Origin: Gammaproteobacteria bacterium
GTDB taxonomy: Bacteria > Pseudomonadota > Gammaproteobacteria > GCA-002705445 > GCA-002716945
Direction of reading: 5' to 3'
DNA: 64,000 bases
NCBI GenBank assembly: GCA_002698665.1
Contig: NZZP01000036.1
Coordinates: forward strand, 5,125 to 69,124
This document shows positions 19,996 through 30,940 of the stretch, in pieces. The translations under genes were made by a program, and so were the position numbers. The first letter of the stretch is position 1. Every line of letters begins with the position of its first letter. Under the pieces are notes generated by a model. The model ran no database searches. It was not told the DNA's origin and worked only from the letters and a program-made list of their open reading frames with translations.

Positions 19996-22830
19996 ATGCG
20001 TCTTACTAAAATCAAATTGGCAGGTTTTAAAACTTTTGTTGATCCAACGACTTTGTCATTTCCGAGCAATCTTACAGGTATAATAGGTCCAAATGGCTGT
20101 GGCAAATCAAATATTATCGATGCGATAAGATGGGTTATGGGCGAATCCTCAGCAAGAAACTTGAGGGGCGATTCAATGGAAGATGTGATATTTTCTGGGT
20201 CATCATCTCGATCTGAAGTTAGCAAGGCTTTTATCGAACTATATTTTGATAATGAAACTAATACATTAGATACAAAATTCGCAAGATATAGTGAAATTGT
20301 CATTAGAAGAGAAGTTTCAAGAGATGGAAGCTCTAATTACTACCTCAATAGTTCAAAATGTAGACGAAAAGATATTAGAGAGGTTTTTTTAGGTACAGGT
20401 TTGGGACCAAGAAGTTATGCGATAATTGAACAAGGTATGATATCGAGGCTAGTCGAATCTAAACCCGAAGATTTAAGAACATATCTCGAGGAAGCAGCTG
20501 GCATTAGCAAATATAAAGAAAAAAGAAGAGAAACTGAGTTACGTTTAAAACATACTAAAGAAAATTTAAATAGATTAAATGATGTAATGAAAGAAATTAC
20601 ATCTCAACTTAATAAACTTGAACGACAAGCAAAAGCAGCAAAAGATTACAAAGAATTAAAAAACTCCGAGAGAGATCTTAAGGTAGAATTATTAGCTATT
20701 AAATGGAACAATTATGATCAAGATATTGAAGACATAGATAAGAAAATAAGCAAAGATAATATTGAAAGTGAAAAACAAAAATCATTGCTAACAAATAAAG
20801 ATAAACTTATCGAAGAAACAAGAGTGAGTATAAATAACCAGCAAGATAAATTTAATTCGATGCAATCTGATTTTTATCAAGTAGGAAGTGAAATTGCGAA
20901 ATGTGAGAAGGATATTGAGCATTCTCAAGAATCTGAATCTTCAAGAAAGAAATCTATTGATGAGATTAATAGTAATATATTAAATATTAAAGAAAATACG
21001 ACAAAAGAAAAAAATAGATTAGATAATATTAAAAGAAATTTCTCAAATAATCAAGATGATCTCAAAGCTGTTAATAAAGAATTAGAAACCTTAGATAAAC
21101 AAAAAAAAGAATCAAATTTTGCACTTCAGAACTGGCAAAGCAGATATAACGAGTTTATATCACAACAACTAGAAACAAAAAATAAACAGGAAATAGAAAA
21201 AACAAAAATAACTGCATCAGAAAAGTCAATTGAGTTATTATCTAAAAGGCTTAAGATACTCGAGTCATACACAATCAAAGAAGATAGAAATTTGTCTGAC
21301 AAAGGTGATATTTTAGAGAATACTAAGACCCTTCAAGAGAAAATTTCTTCACTTTTGATAGATATCCAGCGCTCAGAATCGTACAAACAAAAAAAAGATA
21401 AGCTTCTTCAGTTATTGCCCAAAACAATTAGAGATATTACAGATAACATAAAATATATTTTGAAAAAAATAAAACTTTTGGTTAGATCACAAGAAGATGA
21501 AATAACTGATATCAAAGTTAAAATGGATGATTATAAACATAGCATCAAAACAGCCTATAATATTGTTGGTACTCTCCAAAAAGATATAGATTCGAATGAT
21601 CATAAACAAGTTATTTTAGAAAAAGAGAAGATTGAATTTAAGCAAATTATTGATCAAGTTAGCTGGAAAACTGATGAACTAAGGAGTCGGCAAAATGATA
21701 TAAATATAGTCATGTCTTCTTTAGCATCTGAAGAGACTGCTGTTTTAAAGAATATTGATAGACTCATTGAAGAAAAAAATCAATTAGAGGATAGAAAATT
21801 AACCTTATTATCGAGTGATAGCACTCCAAAAAAACCGTCGACTGATATGCAGAATCAGCTTAAAAAACTTCTTAATGATAAAAAAATTAAAGAAAAAAAA
21901 TTATCTATTTTACGTGAATCATTAGAGTCATTGGATGGAAAAATCAAATTATATGAAACAGATAAGTCTAGAATAAATACAGAGCTATCCTCACTCATCG
22001 ACAACATTCAAACTATGAAAATATCTTTGACACAAAAAACTGCCGAGAGAGATTCTTTAAAAATTAATTCAGAGCTCCCTGAAGAAGATATTAATGAAGC
22101 TATAGCAAATAATAGTAGCAATAAGAACATTGATACCTTAAATAAAGACATAGACAAAATACAAAATAAAGTCAATCACTTAGGAGCTATTAATTTGGCT
22201 GCTATTGATGAATTGAATGAACAAAAAGAAAGAAAATCATACTTAGACATGCAATATGAAGATCTGTCTAAGTCCGTATCTACTCTTGAAAGTGCTATTA
22301 AGAAAATTGATAATGAAACAAAATCAAAATTTAAAGAAATATTTGATAACATTAATAGTAATCTTAATTTATTTTTTACTAAAATATTTGGTGGAGGTAA
22401 AGCATATCTCGAATTAACTGATAATGATTTACTGAATACTGGCGTAATGATAAAGGCTAGACCTCCAGGTAAACTAGTAAAAAATATTAATTTATTATCT
22501 GGCGGTGAGAAAGCTGGTACAGGTATAGCTTTTGTGTTTTCAATCTTTACTATCAACCCTGCACCATTTTGTTTGCTTGATGAAGTTGATGCGCCTTTAG
22601 ATGAAGCTAATAATAATAGGTTCTGTCAAGTTGTGAAAGAGATGTCTGAAAATGTTCAGTTTATCTTCATTACTCATAATAAATCAACTATGGAACTTGC
22701 AGATATTCTTTCTGGTGTGACAATGAAAGAAGCTGGTGTTTCTAAATTAGTATCAGTTAACGTTAATGAGGCTGTTGATTTATCGATGAATAAAAATACA
22801 CTAGATGCAACACCTACTAGCCCAAACTAA
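19996..22830 (+). CDS. smc: Chromosome segregation SMC protein, shortened and apparently hinge-less
   Basis: GFKTF, Walker A GPNGCGKSN, LGAINLAAIDE, LSGGEK signature, LLDEVDAPLD, FITH; 944 aa; followed by ligA. Confidence 0.93.
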   Translation: MRLTKIKLAGFKTFVDPTTLSFPSNLTGIIGPNGCGKSNIIDAIRWVMGESSARNLRGDSMEDVIFSGSSSRSEVSKAFIELYFDNETNTLDTKFARYSEIVIRREVSRDGSSNYYLNSSKCRRKDIREVFLGTGLGPRSYAIIEQGMISRLVESKPEDLRTYLEEAAGISKYKEKRRETELRLKHTKENLNRLNDVMKEITSQLNKLERQAKAAKDYKELKNSERDLKVELLAIKWNNYDQDIEDIDKKISKDNIESEKQKSLLTNKDKLIEETRVSINNQQDKFNSMQSDFYQVGSEIAKCEKDIEHSQESESSRKKSIDEINSNILNIKENTTKEKNRLDNIKRNFSNNQDDLKAVNKELETLDKQKKESNFALQNWQSRYNEFISQQLETKNKQEIEKTKITASEKSIELLSKRLKILESYTIKEDRNLSDKGDILENTKTLQEKISSLLIDIQRSESYKQKKDKLLQLLPKTIRDITDNIKYILKKIKLLVRSQEDEITDIKVKMDDYKHSIKTAYNIVGTLQKDIDSNDHKQVILEKEKIEFKQIIDQVSWKTDELRSRQNDINIVMSSLASEETAVLKNIDRLIEEKNQLEDRKLTLLSSDSTPKKPSTDMQNQLKKLLNDKKIKEKKLSILRESLESLDGKIKLYETDKSRINTELSSLIDNIQTMKISLTQKTAERDSLKINSELPEEDINEAIANNSSNKNIDTLNKDIDKIQNKVNHLGAINLAAIDELNEQKERKSYLDMQYEDLSKSVSTLESAIKKIDNETKSKFKEIFDNINSNLNLFFTKIFGGGKAYLELTDNDLLNTGVMIKARPPGKLVKNINLLSGGEKAGTGIAFVFSIFTINPAPFCLLDEVDAPLDEANNNRFCQVVKEMSENVQFIFITHNKSTMELADILSGVTMKEAGVSKLVSVNVNEAVDLSMNKNTLDATPTSPN

Positions 22831-22832
22831 AC

Positions 22833-24833
22833 ATGCCTATTGATAAAAATAGAATTAGAAAGAAAATAGTTTCACTCATAGAGAAGATTAATCAACATAA
22901 TTACTATTATCATACATTAGACCAGCCTCAAATATCAGATAATGAATATGATAATATATACCTTCAGCTTAAATCGCTAGAATCTAAATATCCAGATTTA
23001 GTAGAATCTCATTCTCCTACACAACGCGTGGGTAGTAAGTTATTAAATACATTTAATAAAGTACATCATGAACATGCTATGCTTTCTCTAACTAATGCAT
23101 CTAACGATATGGAATTTGAAAATTTCTATGCAAAATTATTTGACGAAATTGAAAGTGACCAGATAGCTCTTTATGCAGAACCTAAATTTGATGGATTAGC
23201 TATTAGTATTACTTATTTAGACGGTATATACACATCAGCAGTTACACGTGGAGACGGACAAACTGGTGAAGATGTAACAGCAAATATACGTACAATAAAA
23301 ACTCTGCCATTAAAACTAAAATCTAAAAACCCACCAAAAAAACTGATACTAAGAGCTGAAGTTTTTATGAATATTTCTGATTTTGAATCACTTAATAGAC
23401 AATTATTAAAAAATAAAGAAAAAACATTTGCTAATCCAAGAAATGTAGCAGCTGGTTCTATCAGACAATTGGATCCTAAAATAACATCTAGCAGAAATCT
23501 TCAAATAATCTTCCATGGCGTTGTTAGCACTAGCAGTAATAATCATGCTTGTCATTCTGAATCTCTTAATTATATTAAAGATTTAGGGTTACCTATCTCA
23601 AGCCTTAATGATATTGTCATGAGTCTTGCTCAAGCTAAAAAATATATTATCAATATTAATAATTTACGTGACAACCTCCCATATGAAATAGATGGAATTG
23701 TATTTAAGATAGATGATTATAGTTATCGTATTAGAATAGGTTCGACATCTAAGGCACCAAAATGGGCTATAGCTTATAAATTTATATCAGCAGAAGCAAA
23801 AACTAAGCTCGAAAATGTAATATTTCAAGTTGGAAGAACAGGAACAATAACACCTGTTGCAATTTTAAGCTCAATTAATATTGGTGGCGTTACAGTTTCT
23901 AGGGCAAGCTTACATAACATGGATGAAATTCAAAAAAAAGATATTAGAATTAATGATATTGTTTATGTGAAAAGGGCAGGGGATGTAATCCCAGAAATTG
24001 ATAGAGTATGTTTTGAGGAAAGACATAACTCAAAAAAAATAGTTCCTCCAAAAATATGTCCAGCATGTAAAACTCCATTACTAAAAGTATCACAACAATC
24101 AATATATAGATGTCCCAATACAATAGGTTGTAAACCTCAAATAATTCAAACAATTGAACACTTCACATCTCGTAAAGCTATGAATATTTCAGGTCTTGGT
24201 GAGAGTATAATTGAATCACTTGTTGATAACTCATATGTAAAAAATTACTCAGATTTATATAAATTGAATCAAGTAGATATCATGAAACTAGACAGGCTAG
24301 CAGAAAAATCATCAAAAAATATTATTGATTCCATTAATAGCTCTAAAATAGTAGATTTTGATCGTTTTATTTATGCTCTTGGAATAAAAGAGGTTGGAAC
24401 GACCACAGCTAAAATATTATCTAAAAAATATAATGCTTTAAATAAATTAATGTCTGCTGATAAGCAAAGCCTTGAATGTATTAATGATATTGGACCTATT
24501 GTTGGTGATAACATATTTAATTTTTTTCAGTTAAAAAGAAATATAGTAATCATAGACTCTCTATTGTCTAGTGGTGTAACTATCAAATATCATCAAACGA
24601 AAAAAAATAAAAATATTATCAATAAGAAGTTTGTTATAACAGGATCTTTTGCTAATTATACGAGATTAGAGCTTGAAAAAATTATTGATAATTATGGCGG
24701 TAATATATCTAATTCTATATCTAAAAAAACTAATGTGCTTATAGTCGGCAATAATCCTGGTTCAAAATATAAAAAAGCATTAGATTTGGGTATTAAGATT
24801 ATAAACGAAAAAGAGCTTTCTAAGATTCTCTAA
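22833..24833 (+). CDS. ligA: NAD-dependent DNA ligase
   Basis: [28 protein letters not shown], zinc finger, C-terminal BRCT domain. Confidence 0.98.
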   Translation: MPIDKNRIRKKIVSLIEKINQHNYYYHTLDQPQISDNEYDNIYLQLKSLESKYPDLVESHSPTQRVGSKLLNTFNKVHHEHAMLSLTNASNDMEFENFYAKLFDEIESDQIALYAEPKFDGLAISITYLDGIYTSAVTRGDGQTGEDVTANIRTIKTLPLKLKSKNPPKKLILRAEVFMNISDFESLNRQLLKNKEKTFANPRNVAAGSIRQLDPKITSSRNLQIIFHGVVSTSSNNHACHSESLNYIKDLGLPISSLNDIVMSLAQAKKYIININNLRDNLPYEIDGIVFKIDDYSYRIRIGSTSKAPKWAIAYKFISAEAKTKLENVIFQVGRTGTITPVAILSSINIGGVTVSRASLHNMDEIQKKDIRINDIVYVKRAGDVIPEIDRVCFEERHNSKKIVPPKICPACKTPLLKVSQQSIYRCPNTIGCKPQIIQTIEHFTSRKAMNISGLGESIIESLVDNSYVKNYSDLYKLNQVDIMKLDRLAEKSSKNIIDSINSSKIVDFDRFIYALGIKEVGTTTAKILSKKYNALNKLMSADKQSLECINDIGPIVGDNIFNFFQLKRNIVIIDSLLSSGVTIKYHQTKKNKNIINKKFVITGSFANYTRLELEKIIDNYGGNISNSISKKTNVLIVGNNPGSKYKKALDLGIKIINEKELSKIL

Positions 24834-25632
24834 GTAACTCGTTAATACTTACTTTTGATCGAGTTTTTTCATCAACTTTTTTAACTATAACTGCACAATA
24901 CAAACTGTACTTGCCGTTTTTTGAGGGAATTGAGCCTGAAACAACTACTGAACCTTCGGGTATTACCCCATATGATACTGTATCATTTTCTCTATCATAT
25001 ATTTTTGTACTCTGACCGATATATACACCCATCGATATAACTGAGTTTTTTTTAACTATAACCCCCTCAACGATTTCAGATCTGGCACCTATAAAACAAT
25101 TATCTTCTATAATTGTTGGATTAGCCTGCAATGGCTCCAAGACGCCTCCAATACCAACACCACCTGATAGATGAACATTTTTGCCTATTTGAGCGCATGA
25201 CCCAACAGTTGCCCACGTATCTACCATTGTCCCATCATCCACATAGGCACCAATATTAATAAATGAAGGCATTAGAACTACATTTTTTCCTTGATATGTT
25301 CCCTCTCTTGCTATTGCTTGAGGCACAATTCTTATATTATTTTTTTTTAAATAAGATTCATCAATATCTTTGAATCTTGAACCTAATTTATCATAAAACT
25401 TAGTATAATTAGTCTCTATGATAGAATTGCTTCTTATCTTAAAAGAAACTAATATAGCTTTCTTTATCCATTGATGAACTACCCAGTCACCGTTAATATA
25501 TTCTGCAACCCTTAGTTTTCCGTCATTCAAAGACACAAGAGTATCTTCAACAGCATTCGTAACATCAGCAATGTTTATATTCGTCATATTTGAATCAAAT
25601 GCTTTTTCAATAATCTCTTTATTTATGCTCAT
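24820..25632 (-). CDS. dapD: Tetrahydrodipicolinate N-succinyltransferase
   Basis: [36 protein letters not shown]. Confidence 0.98.
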   Translation of the reverse strand: MSINKEIIEKAFDSNMTNINIADVTNAVEDTLVSLNDGKLRVAEYINGDWVVHQWIKKAILVSFKIRSNSIIETNYTKFYDKLGSRFKDIDESYLKKNNIRIVPQAIAREGTYQGKNVVLMPSFINIGAYVDDGTMVDTWATVGSCAQIGKNVHLSGGVGIGGVLEPLQANPTIIEDNCFIGARSEIVEGVIVKKNSVISMGVYIGQSTKIYDRENDTVSYGVIPEGSVVVSGSIPSKNGKYSLYCAVIVKKVDEKTRSKVSINELLRES

Positions 25633-27026
25633 AATGTATTAGGAATAATTTCATTTTTATTATCTTCTAAAATCTCATCTTGAGAATCTAAGAATACAAG
25701 TATATCATAATATTGTCTAATATTTTGAACATACTTAACTGTTTCCCATCCTCTAGCATATCCATATTTAGTTTTTTTATAAAACTTAGACTGACTTAAT
25801 TTTAATAAGTATGGTTCTATCTCAGACCAATTTTTTATTATAATATTATCTTGATTAGCTAATATAATGGCATCATTGATATGCCCAAGGCCAATGTTAT
25901 ATGCGCCTATTGCAAACCATATTTTCTCTTTAGGATTTATATTATCAGGTATTTTTTTCAATAGTTTATTTAGATATTTAGCACCACCATTAATACTCTG
26001 AATAGGATTAGTTCTATCTTCTATACCTAGTTCTCGAGATGTATCTTTTGTTAACATCATAAGGCCACGGACTCCCGTATATGAAACAGCATCTTTGTTC
26101 CATCTTGATTCCTGATATCCTATGCTAGCAAGTAGTCTCCAATCATGGTTATATTGTTTTGAATATTTTTTAAAATAAAATTCATATAAAGGAAATATAT
26201 TAACTAAATCATTGATAAAGCTTTTTGAGCCTACAAAAGAATAATTTAATTTATCACTAAAATGGTTTTGATGAATTAAACTAATTTTATTAGTCTTTAA
26301 CATTTCTGTAAAAAACTCAGATATTTTATTCTTTATACCTGAGCCTGTATCTCTAGGTAATGCCCATGTTATAGGAGAATCTGTTTTGATTTGAAATGCA
26401 ATTTTTATTTCTGGGAAGTATTTTTGATATATCATAAGTTCATCAGAATTAAGGATTGTATATTTAACTTCACCTACCCTAAGAGCATTGATGATTGCAT
26501 CAATATTTTTCTCATAATTAATCTCAATCTTTGTTGATGCTATGTCATATTCTAATAAAGACTTTGTTATGATGGGCGAATTAATTATCTCTATAGAATT
26601 ATTTTTTATGTTTTCTTTGTTAGCTGGTTTATTACTATATATAGAATTATATACAATATAAAGATTTACTTTGTTATAAACATAAGACAAATTTACATTC
26701 TCGTATACACCATAATCTGCAAGTATGTCAACTTTTCTTGTATTTAAATATGATAAAGCTTTTTCAGTGTTATCTATAGGATGAATTATCAGATCTACTC
26801 CTAAGTATTTAGCAAACTCTTTTGTTATATTGTATGTATAGCCAATATTTTTATTTTTAATCTGATAATAGCTTGTTGGTCCGAATCTAATAGCTATATT
26901 AATTTGGTTATTTTTTTTTATTCGTTTTAAATCATTTTGATAAAACGGATGATAATTATTGATTACATACAAAAATGCACTGACTACAATAGCGATTATA
27001 AAAATTCTAATAACAAATTTTAACAT
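25629..27026 (-). CDS. mltF: Membrane-bound lytic murein transglycosylase MltF
   Basis: N-terminal SBP-like domain, then [40 protein letters not shown]. Confidence 0.93.
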   Translation of the reverse strand: MLKFVIRIFIIAIVVSAFLYVINNYHPFYQNDLKRIKKNNQINIAIRFGPTSYYQIKNKNIGYTYNITKEFAKYLGVDLIIHPIDNTEKALSYLNTRKVDILADYGVYENVNLSYVYNKVNLYIVYNSIYSNKPANKENIKNNSIEIINSPIITKSLLEYDIASTKIEINYEKNIDAIINALRVGEVKYTILNSDELMIYQKYFPEIKIAFQIKTDSPITWALPRDTGSGIKNKISEFFTEMLKTNKISLIHQNHFSDKLNYSFVGSKSFINDLVNIFPLYEFYFKKYSKQYNHDWRLLASIGYQESRWNKDAVSYTGVRGLMMLTKDTSRELGIEDRTNPIQSINGGAKYLNKLLKKIPDNINPKEKIWFAIGAYNIGLGHINDAIILANQDNIIIKNWSEIEPYLLKLSQSKFYKKTKYGYARGWETVKYVQNIRQYYDILVFLDSQDEILEDNKNEIIPNTL

Positions 27027-28849
27027 TATCCATTTGTATTAATATTATTAGAATTTTTTTTATTATTACTATTACGATTTGAGTAATTTTTCTTTTTATT
27101 AAAAGACTTATACTTATTATATTTATAGTTTCCCTTACTATATCTTCTATTATTATTTTTAGTATATTTCTTTTTTTGTTTACTCCCAAATATATTCTTG
27201 ATTATATCAAAAAGACGTTTTACAACTGACTTATTAATTTTCTTATAATTATCTCTTGGATTTGAGACAGGTTTAGGAGGTACTGATTTTGGAGTAACAG
27301 CCTTAACAATTGCTTCTTCAAAATGAGAGCTAGTTTCATTAAGCGTCTTTGTATCTTTTTGGTTATTTTTATTTAACGAAGCCTTAAATTCATTTGCATC
27401 TAAATTTGCTTTATCAATATGATAGTTTGCGCCTTCTATAGAATTATCTGGCACTATTTTGATATTAATTTTTTGTCTTTCTTCTATACCCCGAATCAGA
27501 TCTTTTTTTTCATTCAACAAGTATGTAGCTAGTCTTACTGGTAAGTATACCGTCAATGCTTTTTCAGTTTTCATTGCTTGCTCTTCGAGTATTCTCACTA
27601 GATTTATCGATAATGTTGAAAGAGATTTAATTTCACCTGAACCACCGCAAGTTGGACAAACTTGGCTTGTATTATCTACAATTGATGATTTAAGTTTTTG
27701 ACGTGATATTTCCATAAGTCCAAACTTTGATATTCTGCTAAATTGAATCTTAGCTTTATCAATTTTTGCCATTTCTGCCATCTTCTTGCTAACTTGCTTC
27801 TGTGAACTAATCGACAACATATCTATAAAATCAACTACTATTAGCCCGCCAATATCACGCAGTCTTAATTGAGTGGCTAAAGAAACAGCAGCTTCAATAT
27901 TTGTATTTAGAGCAGTTTCTTCAATATCTCCTCCTTTTGTTGATTTAGCTGAGTTCACATCTATGCTCGTTAATGCCTCAGTAGTGTCGAATATAATGTT
28001 TCCTCCAGATGGCAATGTAATTTTCCTTCTGTAAACACTTTGTACTTGTGTCTCAATACCAAAATTGCTGAATATTGGTACAGGTTTGCTATGCCTGAGA
28101 GTTTTTACATCTGAATGAGGTATAAAATGCTTCTTCGCATTAACAAAATCATCATGAAACTTCTCATCATCAATAATAATCTCATTAATAGTTTCATCTA
28201 TATAATCTCGAACAACCCTCGCCAACATACTACTTTCCTCATATATCAAGAAAGGTGATTTTTTTAAAACAGAACTCTCAAGAATAGATTCATAAATTTG
28301 TACAAGATAATTCATGTCCCATTCTAATGTTTCTTTATTTATATCTAATGCAGATGTCCTTAATATAATGCTCATGCCATCAGGTATTCTTATACTACTG
28401 ATTAGTTTTTTAGCGGCAATTCTGTCATTACCTTCCAGTCTTCTGGAGACTCCGCCTGTATTGGGGTTTTTTGGTAACAAAACTAGATATTTTCCAGCAA
28501 GACTTAAGTATGTCGTTAAAGCAGCTCCTTTTGTGCCTCGCTCTTCTTTATCTACCTGAACAACTACTTCTTTCCCAAATTCAATACAGTCTCTTGAGGT
28601 TTTAGGTTTACCTTGTGTGAATATTTCATGGGAAATTTCCTTAAAAGGCAGGAATCCATGTCTGGACCGCCCAAAGTTTACAAATGCCGCTTCTAAACTA
28701 GGTTCTACCCTAGATATTGTCCCCTTGTATATATTTGATTTTATGTTTTTTGATGGAAGATCTATGTCTAATTCCAAAAGCTTGTTGTTTTCCACAATAG
28801 CAAGCCTGACCTCTTCTCTCTGAGAGGCGTTTATTAATATTTGCTTCAT
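27026..28849 (-). CDS. rne: Ribonuclease E (compact, short C-terminal region)
   Basis: MKQILINASQREEVRLAIV, S1 domain, DVNSAKSTKG, LRDIGGLIVVDFIDM, CPTC Zn-link, amphipathic VVKRLFDIIKNIFG; divergent from rluC. Confidence 0.95.
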   Translation of the reverse strand: MKQILINASQREEVRLAIVENNKLLELDIDLPSKNIKSNIYKGTISRVEPSLEAAFVNFGRSRHGFLPFKEISHEIFTQGKPKTSRDCIEFGKEVVVQVDKEERGTKGAALTTYLSLAGKYLVLLPKNPNTGGVSRRLEGNDRIAAKKLISSIRIPDGMSIILRTSALDINKETLEWDMNYLVQIYESILESSVLKKSPFLIYEESSMLARVVRDYIDETINEIIIDDEKFHDDFVNAKKHFIPHSDVKTLRHSKPVPIFSNFGIETQVQSVYRRKITLPSGGNIIFDTTEALTSIDVNSAKSTKGGDIEETALNTNIEAAVSLATQLRLRDIGGLIVVDFIDMLSISSQKQVSKKMAEMAKIDKAKIQFSRISKFGLMEISRQKLKSSIVDNTSQVCPTCGGSGEIKSLSTLSINLVRILEEQAMKTEKALTVYLPVRLATYLLNEKKDLIRGIEERQKINIKIVPDNSIEGANYHIDKANLDANEFKASLNKNNQKDTKTLNETSSHFEEAIVKAVTPKSVPPKPVSNPRDNYKKINKSVVKRLFDIIKNIFGSKQKKKYTKNNNRRYSKGNYKYNKYKSFNKKKNYSNRNSNNKKNSNNINTNG

Positions 28850-29086
28850 TATAAATCCTGTAATTCATTCGCTTTTATCGATTTTTCTCTTATTTTGTAA
28901 AAATACTTATTATATTCGTCTTACTTTTTTTATTGTTACTGCTTAAGTTCAATTTCTTAATCCACTGCTTAGTGGGATATTTGTTTTTTATCAACGCTTT
29001 AGCCATATTATTGACTAATTTCATTAAACAATATAAAAATCTTTGAATTAATATATCAATGATTTACACTATCTTCAAATACTATC

Positions 29087-30019
29087 GTGTCAAATTCTAA
29101 TAAAATCAGTGTACGAAAAATTAAAATATTGTCTAATCAGCAAGGACAAAGGTTAGATAATTACCTCCGTAAACTCCTCACAGGTGTCCCTAATAGCCTA
29201 ATCTATAAGATTATAAGGGATGGTCAAGTCAGGGTAAATAGTTCTAGAGTTAAGCCGCTTTATCGACTACAACAAAATGATTTATTACGTATACCTCCTG
29301 TATCAGTTGACTTGAAACAAAAATCAGTTTCAAGGTTTCTTGTTAAGGACTTAAAAAAATTTATCTTAGTAGAAAATGATGATTTTATAATTATAAATAA
29401 ACCGCCGGGCATATCAGTACATTCTGGGACAAACATAAAGAATGACATTATATCTACTCTTAAAACCTTAGAAGAATATAAGTCTGTAACATTGGTTCAT
29501 AGGTTAGATAAAAATACTAGCGGATGTCTTATATTGGCGAAACATTATCAGGCGGCATCTGATTTAGGCAAGATTTTTCAATCAGGCAATGTAGAAAAAA
29601 ACTATTTATCATTGTTATCTGGTGAACTCAGTGGGGATAAAATTGCAGTAGATCACTCACTAATCAGGAACAAGCTTAATAATGCGCCTTCTGTGAGTGT
29701 ATCAAGCTCAGGTAAGCACGCTTTATCTTATATAACTCTGATTAAACAATTTAAACAGTGTTGTCTAGTAGATATAAAAATTGAGACAGGTAGAATGCAT
29801 CAAATAAGAGTTCATGCATTAAGCATAAGTCAACCAGTATGCGGGGATACAAAATATGGAAATATTGAAATTAATGAAGAAATGAGAAAAAAAGGATTAA
29901 AAAGAATTTTTTTACATGCTAAGAAATTGTCTTTTTTTTATAAAAAACAATATATTGTTGAATCTCCTACACCCGAAGACTTAAGCTTGGTTATTGATAA
30001 TCTTAAGAATGAAATATAA
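29087..30019 (+). CDS. rluC: 23S rRNA pseudouridine synthase RluC (RluA family)
   Basis: S4 domain GQRLDNYL, VHRLDKNTSG, TGRMHQIRVH; divergent from rne. Confidence 0.92.
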   Translation: MSNSNKISVRKIKILSNQQGQRLDNYLRKLLTGVPNSLIYKIIRDGQVRVNSSRVKPLYRLQQNDLLRIPPVSVDLKQKSVSRFLVKDLKKFILVENDDFIIINKPPGISVHSGTNIKNDIISTLKTLEEYKSVTLVHRLDKNTSGCLILAKHYQAASDLGKIFQSGNVEKNYLSLLSGELSGDKIAVDHSLIRNKLNNAPSVSVSSSGKHALSYITLIKQFKQCCLVDIKIETGRMHQIRVHALSISQPVCGDTKYGNIEINEEMRKKGLKRIFLHAKKLSFFYKKQYIVESPTPEDLSLVIDNLKNEI

Positions 30020-30040
30020 TATGATACTAAATGATAAGGA

Positions 30041-30937
30041 TTGCAAATGGATGATAACAAGATACTGCAGGATTTAATAAATACGCTTATTGAGGATAAA
30101 AGATCTGAGAGAAGATATAAGCTTATTGGTAGGATATTATTCTTATCTATTGTATTACTCTTCATATACTTTGCTTCAATATCAAGCTCTAAATTAACCA
30201 CACCGCATACAGCCATTATTGAAATTAATGGAGTAATTGCAGCAGGTGGACCAGTTAACGTAAAGAAAATTCTTCCATTAATTGAAAATGCTGTTGATAA
30301 TGATTTATGTAATGGGGTTATTTTAAAAATAAATAGTCCTGGAGGTAGTGCAACACAATCTAAGATTATATATGATGAAATAGTTAAAATTAGGAATACA
30401 ACCTCTAAGAAAATTATTTCAGTCATTGAAGATGTAGGGGCGTCTGGTGGATATTATATCGCAGCCAGCAGTGAAGAGATATTTTCTAGTCCTTCTAGTA
30501 TAGTTGGATCTATCGGTGTAAGGATTGACAGTTTTAATATACAATCTCTTATGTCGAAACTTGGAATAGAGCCACAAATATTATCTTCTGGTAAAGATAA
30601 AACAATTTTAGACCCATTTACTAGACTATCAGACAAGCATAGAAAACATCTTCAGATTTTATTACAGGATATACATACTCAATTTATATCGGATATTGAA
30701 ATATCACGAAAAGACAAAATCACTACCAATGTATATACAGGCCTTTTTTGGACAGGAAATGAGGCATTGAAAATTGGTCTCGTAGATAAAATTGGTTCAA
30801 TATATGATGCTAATAAAGAAATATTTAACGACAACCCAATGGTTACATATAATAGAAAAGAGAATTTATTAACTGATATTCTTAATACATCTCTATTTAA
30901 TTCTGATTACACTAATAATATATCCATAAGATATTAA
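30041..30937 (+). CDS. sppA: S49-family signal peptide peptidase (SppA-like)
   Basis: INSPGGS, ASGGYYIA, GSIGV, GLVDKIG; the start may be the ATG at 30047. Confidence 0.88.
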   Translation: MQMDDNKILQDLINTLIEDKRSERRYKLIGRILFLSIVLLFIYFASISSSKLTTPHTAIIEINGVIAAGGPVNVKKILPLIENAVDNDLCNGVILKINSPGGSATQSKIIYDEIVKIRNTTSKKIISVIEDVGASGGYYIAASSEEIFSSPSSIVGSIGVRIDSFNIQSLMSKLGIEPQILSSGKDKTILDPFTRLSDKHRKHLQILLQDIHTQFISDIEISRKDKITTNVYTGLFWTGNEALKIGLVDKIGSIYDANKEIFNDNPMVTYNRKENLLTDILNTSLFNSDYTNNISIRY

Positions 30938-30940
30938 AAA

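Noticed and set aside
22176-22556. 126-aa - strand ORF within smc (also 19983-20303)
   Set aside because: Antisense shadows of the conserved SMC head domains
29938-30426. 162-aa - strand ORF
   Set aside because: Antisense to rluC/sppA, which have clear family motifs
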